Part shown: positions 62,185 through 64,000 of the stretch, one piece after another
How positions within the stretch are numbered: the first letter of the stretch is position 1
Layout of the letters: every line of letters begins with the position of its first letter
Assembly (NCBI GenBank): GCA_964016885.1
Contig: OZ024752.1
Coordinates: 26,102,001-26,166,000 of the forward strand
Reading direction: 5' to 3'
Origin: Eledone cirrhosa
Taxonomy: Eukaryota
Length of the DNA: 64,000 nt
Program-made: the position numbers and the translations under genes
Notes under the pieces: generated by a model
The model's input: the letters and a program-made list of their open reading frames with translations, nothing else
Databases searched by the model: none
Told to the model about the DNA's origin: nothing

Positions 62185-62984
62185 ATACAATGTTGTAGTT
62201 TGTCTAAAGCATTGTATATAACATATAATGTGGAAAGTCTTATAAGACTAAACAATCTAAAATGGACGATAAGATGAAGATAAGAGAAACGTGAGTTGGG
62301 TAAATTTTGTTTTGTCTCTCTTTTGTGTTGTTATTGTTGCTCTTTCCTTAGTCCTAATATTCCGGGACTTAAATATCCCTTCTTCAGAATATAAGGGACT
62401 CGTACAGAAAAAATGTTCCGGTTGCTCCTCTTTGGAATATATATATATCTGTGTGTGCATAGTATATTATATATATATATATAAAATTAGTCCTTCATCA
62501 GTGATCTTCCAACTTTCATTGGTATTTCATCGCTTTAAAAATCATATACCTCTAGCTGGTGCGAGCAATAACAAATAAAGTTATAGGAACAAGTAAAATA
62601 GGTGAAACGAGCGACATATGTAAAGAAACAACGATGGTATGGCAACGGAAAGATGGGAAGAGACAAGCACATGAAATCTGTAAGTAAGCTTAAGCTTGGT
62701 GAATTCATGGGCGAGAGATACAGACCATCCGACATGGGTGAGATGTGAGCGAGAAAAGGATTTCACACAGGTCAAATAGGAGGAAGTGAGAGAGGAGGAG
62801 AAGCAGAGAGTAAGTGAGTGGAAGTGTGAGGAAGAGACCAGCAGAGAGAGAGTGTGACTGGCAGAGGGGGTAAAAAGAGGAGAGAGAGTAAAAAAGAAAC
62901 AGACAATCGCAGCTGAGGAAAAAATATAAATATATATATATCAATAATATTAATAAATGGAAACTATCTTTATAAAACCATATT

Positions 62985-63046
62985 TATTTTATTATATATA
63001 TTTCAAGGGTACCAACATTTTTGGTACGCTCTCATCAGATAAAATA
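62985..63046 (-). ncRNA. Type I hammerhead (family G, copy 2)
   Basis: TATTTTAT-CTGATGA-GAGCGTACCAA..TTGGTACCCTT-GAAA-TATATA-TA-ATAAAATA. Confidence 0.75.
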
Positions 63047-63775
63047 CAAAAGTTGTTTTATAGATAGTGTCATATCCAAAAGCTAGAACTTATCGTTTTA
63101 AGTTCTTATTGAATAGTGAAAGAAATTCAAATCTTAGGATGAATATGTTAATGAGGATATATATATATACCAGATAGAAAAATGCGTACAGCAAAAAAAA
63201 GTAATATTGTTGGAATATAAACCTTTAAAAATACAGGACAAGAAACTAAAATAAAACTTTAAAAGAATAGGACAAGAAACTAAGATAAAACTTTAAAGAA
63301 TTGGACAATGCAAGCAACAACTATCTAATAATTAAATGATCATAGTGAATTACTGACAAGTGATTGACATTTTAAAGTTCTTTTGAGTATAATTGCAATC
63401 TAGTTGAGGCAACTGGCTTAATGACAAAGCTAGTAAATCATGAATGCATTTGAGATAATTAGTGCATAATAGTGAATTGGTGAAACTTGTGCATTTCAAT
63501 GGTGTTACGGATAAAAACTGATACTGCTGTCTACGACCTTTATATAGGATTGTCATGTTTCTCTGTATCTGCAATGTGGGTATACAAAATAAGAATTATG
63601 ATATTAACTTTTATTTAAAATCCCAAAAAATGCTGTGCATGAAAACTTCAAAAAGTAATTCTATTTCTATTGATGACCTCTTAGTTGCTCATACTAATTT
63701 TGTAAAAGATTTCAAGCCAATAATCAGAATGATCTGGTATAATTTTTATGCAGATAAATGACTAATTAGTATAAA

Positions 63776-63840
63776 GGGCCATCCAGATATCATGTGGACA
63801 CCGCGAACCAAAAATGGTCACATGATATCTGGATGGCGCC
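63776..63840. mobile_element. Very short MITE, PIF/Harbinger-like termini
   Basis: GGGCCATCCAGATATCATGTG...CACATGATATCTGGATGGCGCC with TAA-like flanks. Confidence 0.5.
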
Positions 63841-64000
63841 TAAGCATCCCCTGCACATGGCGGGGACATGGGTCATCATCGTGGAGCACTCACCTATTTT
63901 TAAAATATTAGACTATGATAAATGAATTTAGTTAAAAATACAATTTGAAATATATTAGATAATAGAGAGAGACTCGTAATTACCTCCCCTTGTAATTACC

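Overview
AT-rich, microsatellite-saturated, non-genic animal DNA. The SINE types and (TA)n/(CA)n/(ACAT)n content suggest an octopus or other cephalopod (inference). No host protein-coding gene is supportable; nearly all listed ORFs are microsatellite artefacts. The window is a mosaic of transposon remnants: RTE, R4/Dong-like and Hero-like LINE fragments, tRNA-derived SINEs, a DD37D (maT) transposon, MITEs, a non-autonomous Helitron, and three Penelope-like elements (PLEs), one of them a nearly full-length Naiad-type RT+GIY-YIG element at 39179-43623. The main hidden signal is a dense population of at least 9 sequence-distinct, non-coding elements, each carrying a type I hammerhead ribozyme (HHR) and mostly inserted in (TA)n tracts; those with measurable monomers are about 310-590 bp. 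They occur as near-identical tandem multimers, circularly permuted monomers and tail-out inverted pairs, as expected for retrozyme-like circular RNAs copied by a PLE reverse transcriptase. Several have variant cores or very long stems II/III, two families share an octamer/TATA promoter-like module, and one pair brackets a 3.5-kb local duplication. A separate (ACAT)n-associated non-autonomous LINE family carries a candidate HDV-like double pseudoknot at its 5' end. All RNA structures were paired by eye; none was computed or tested.
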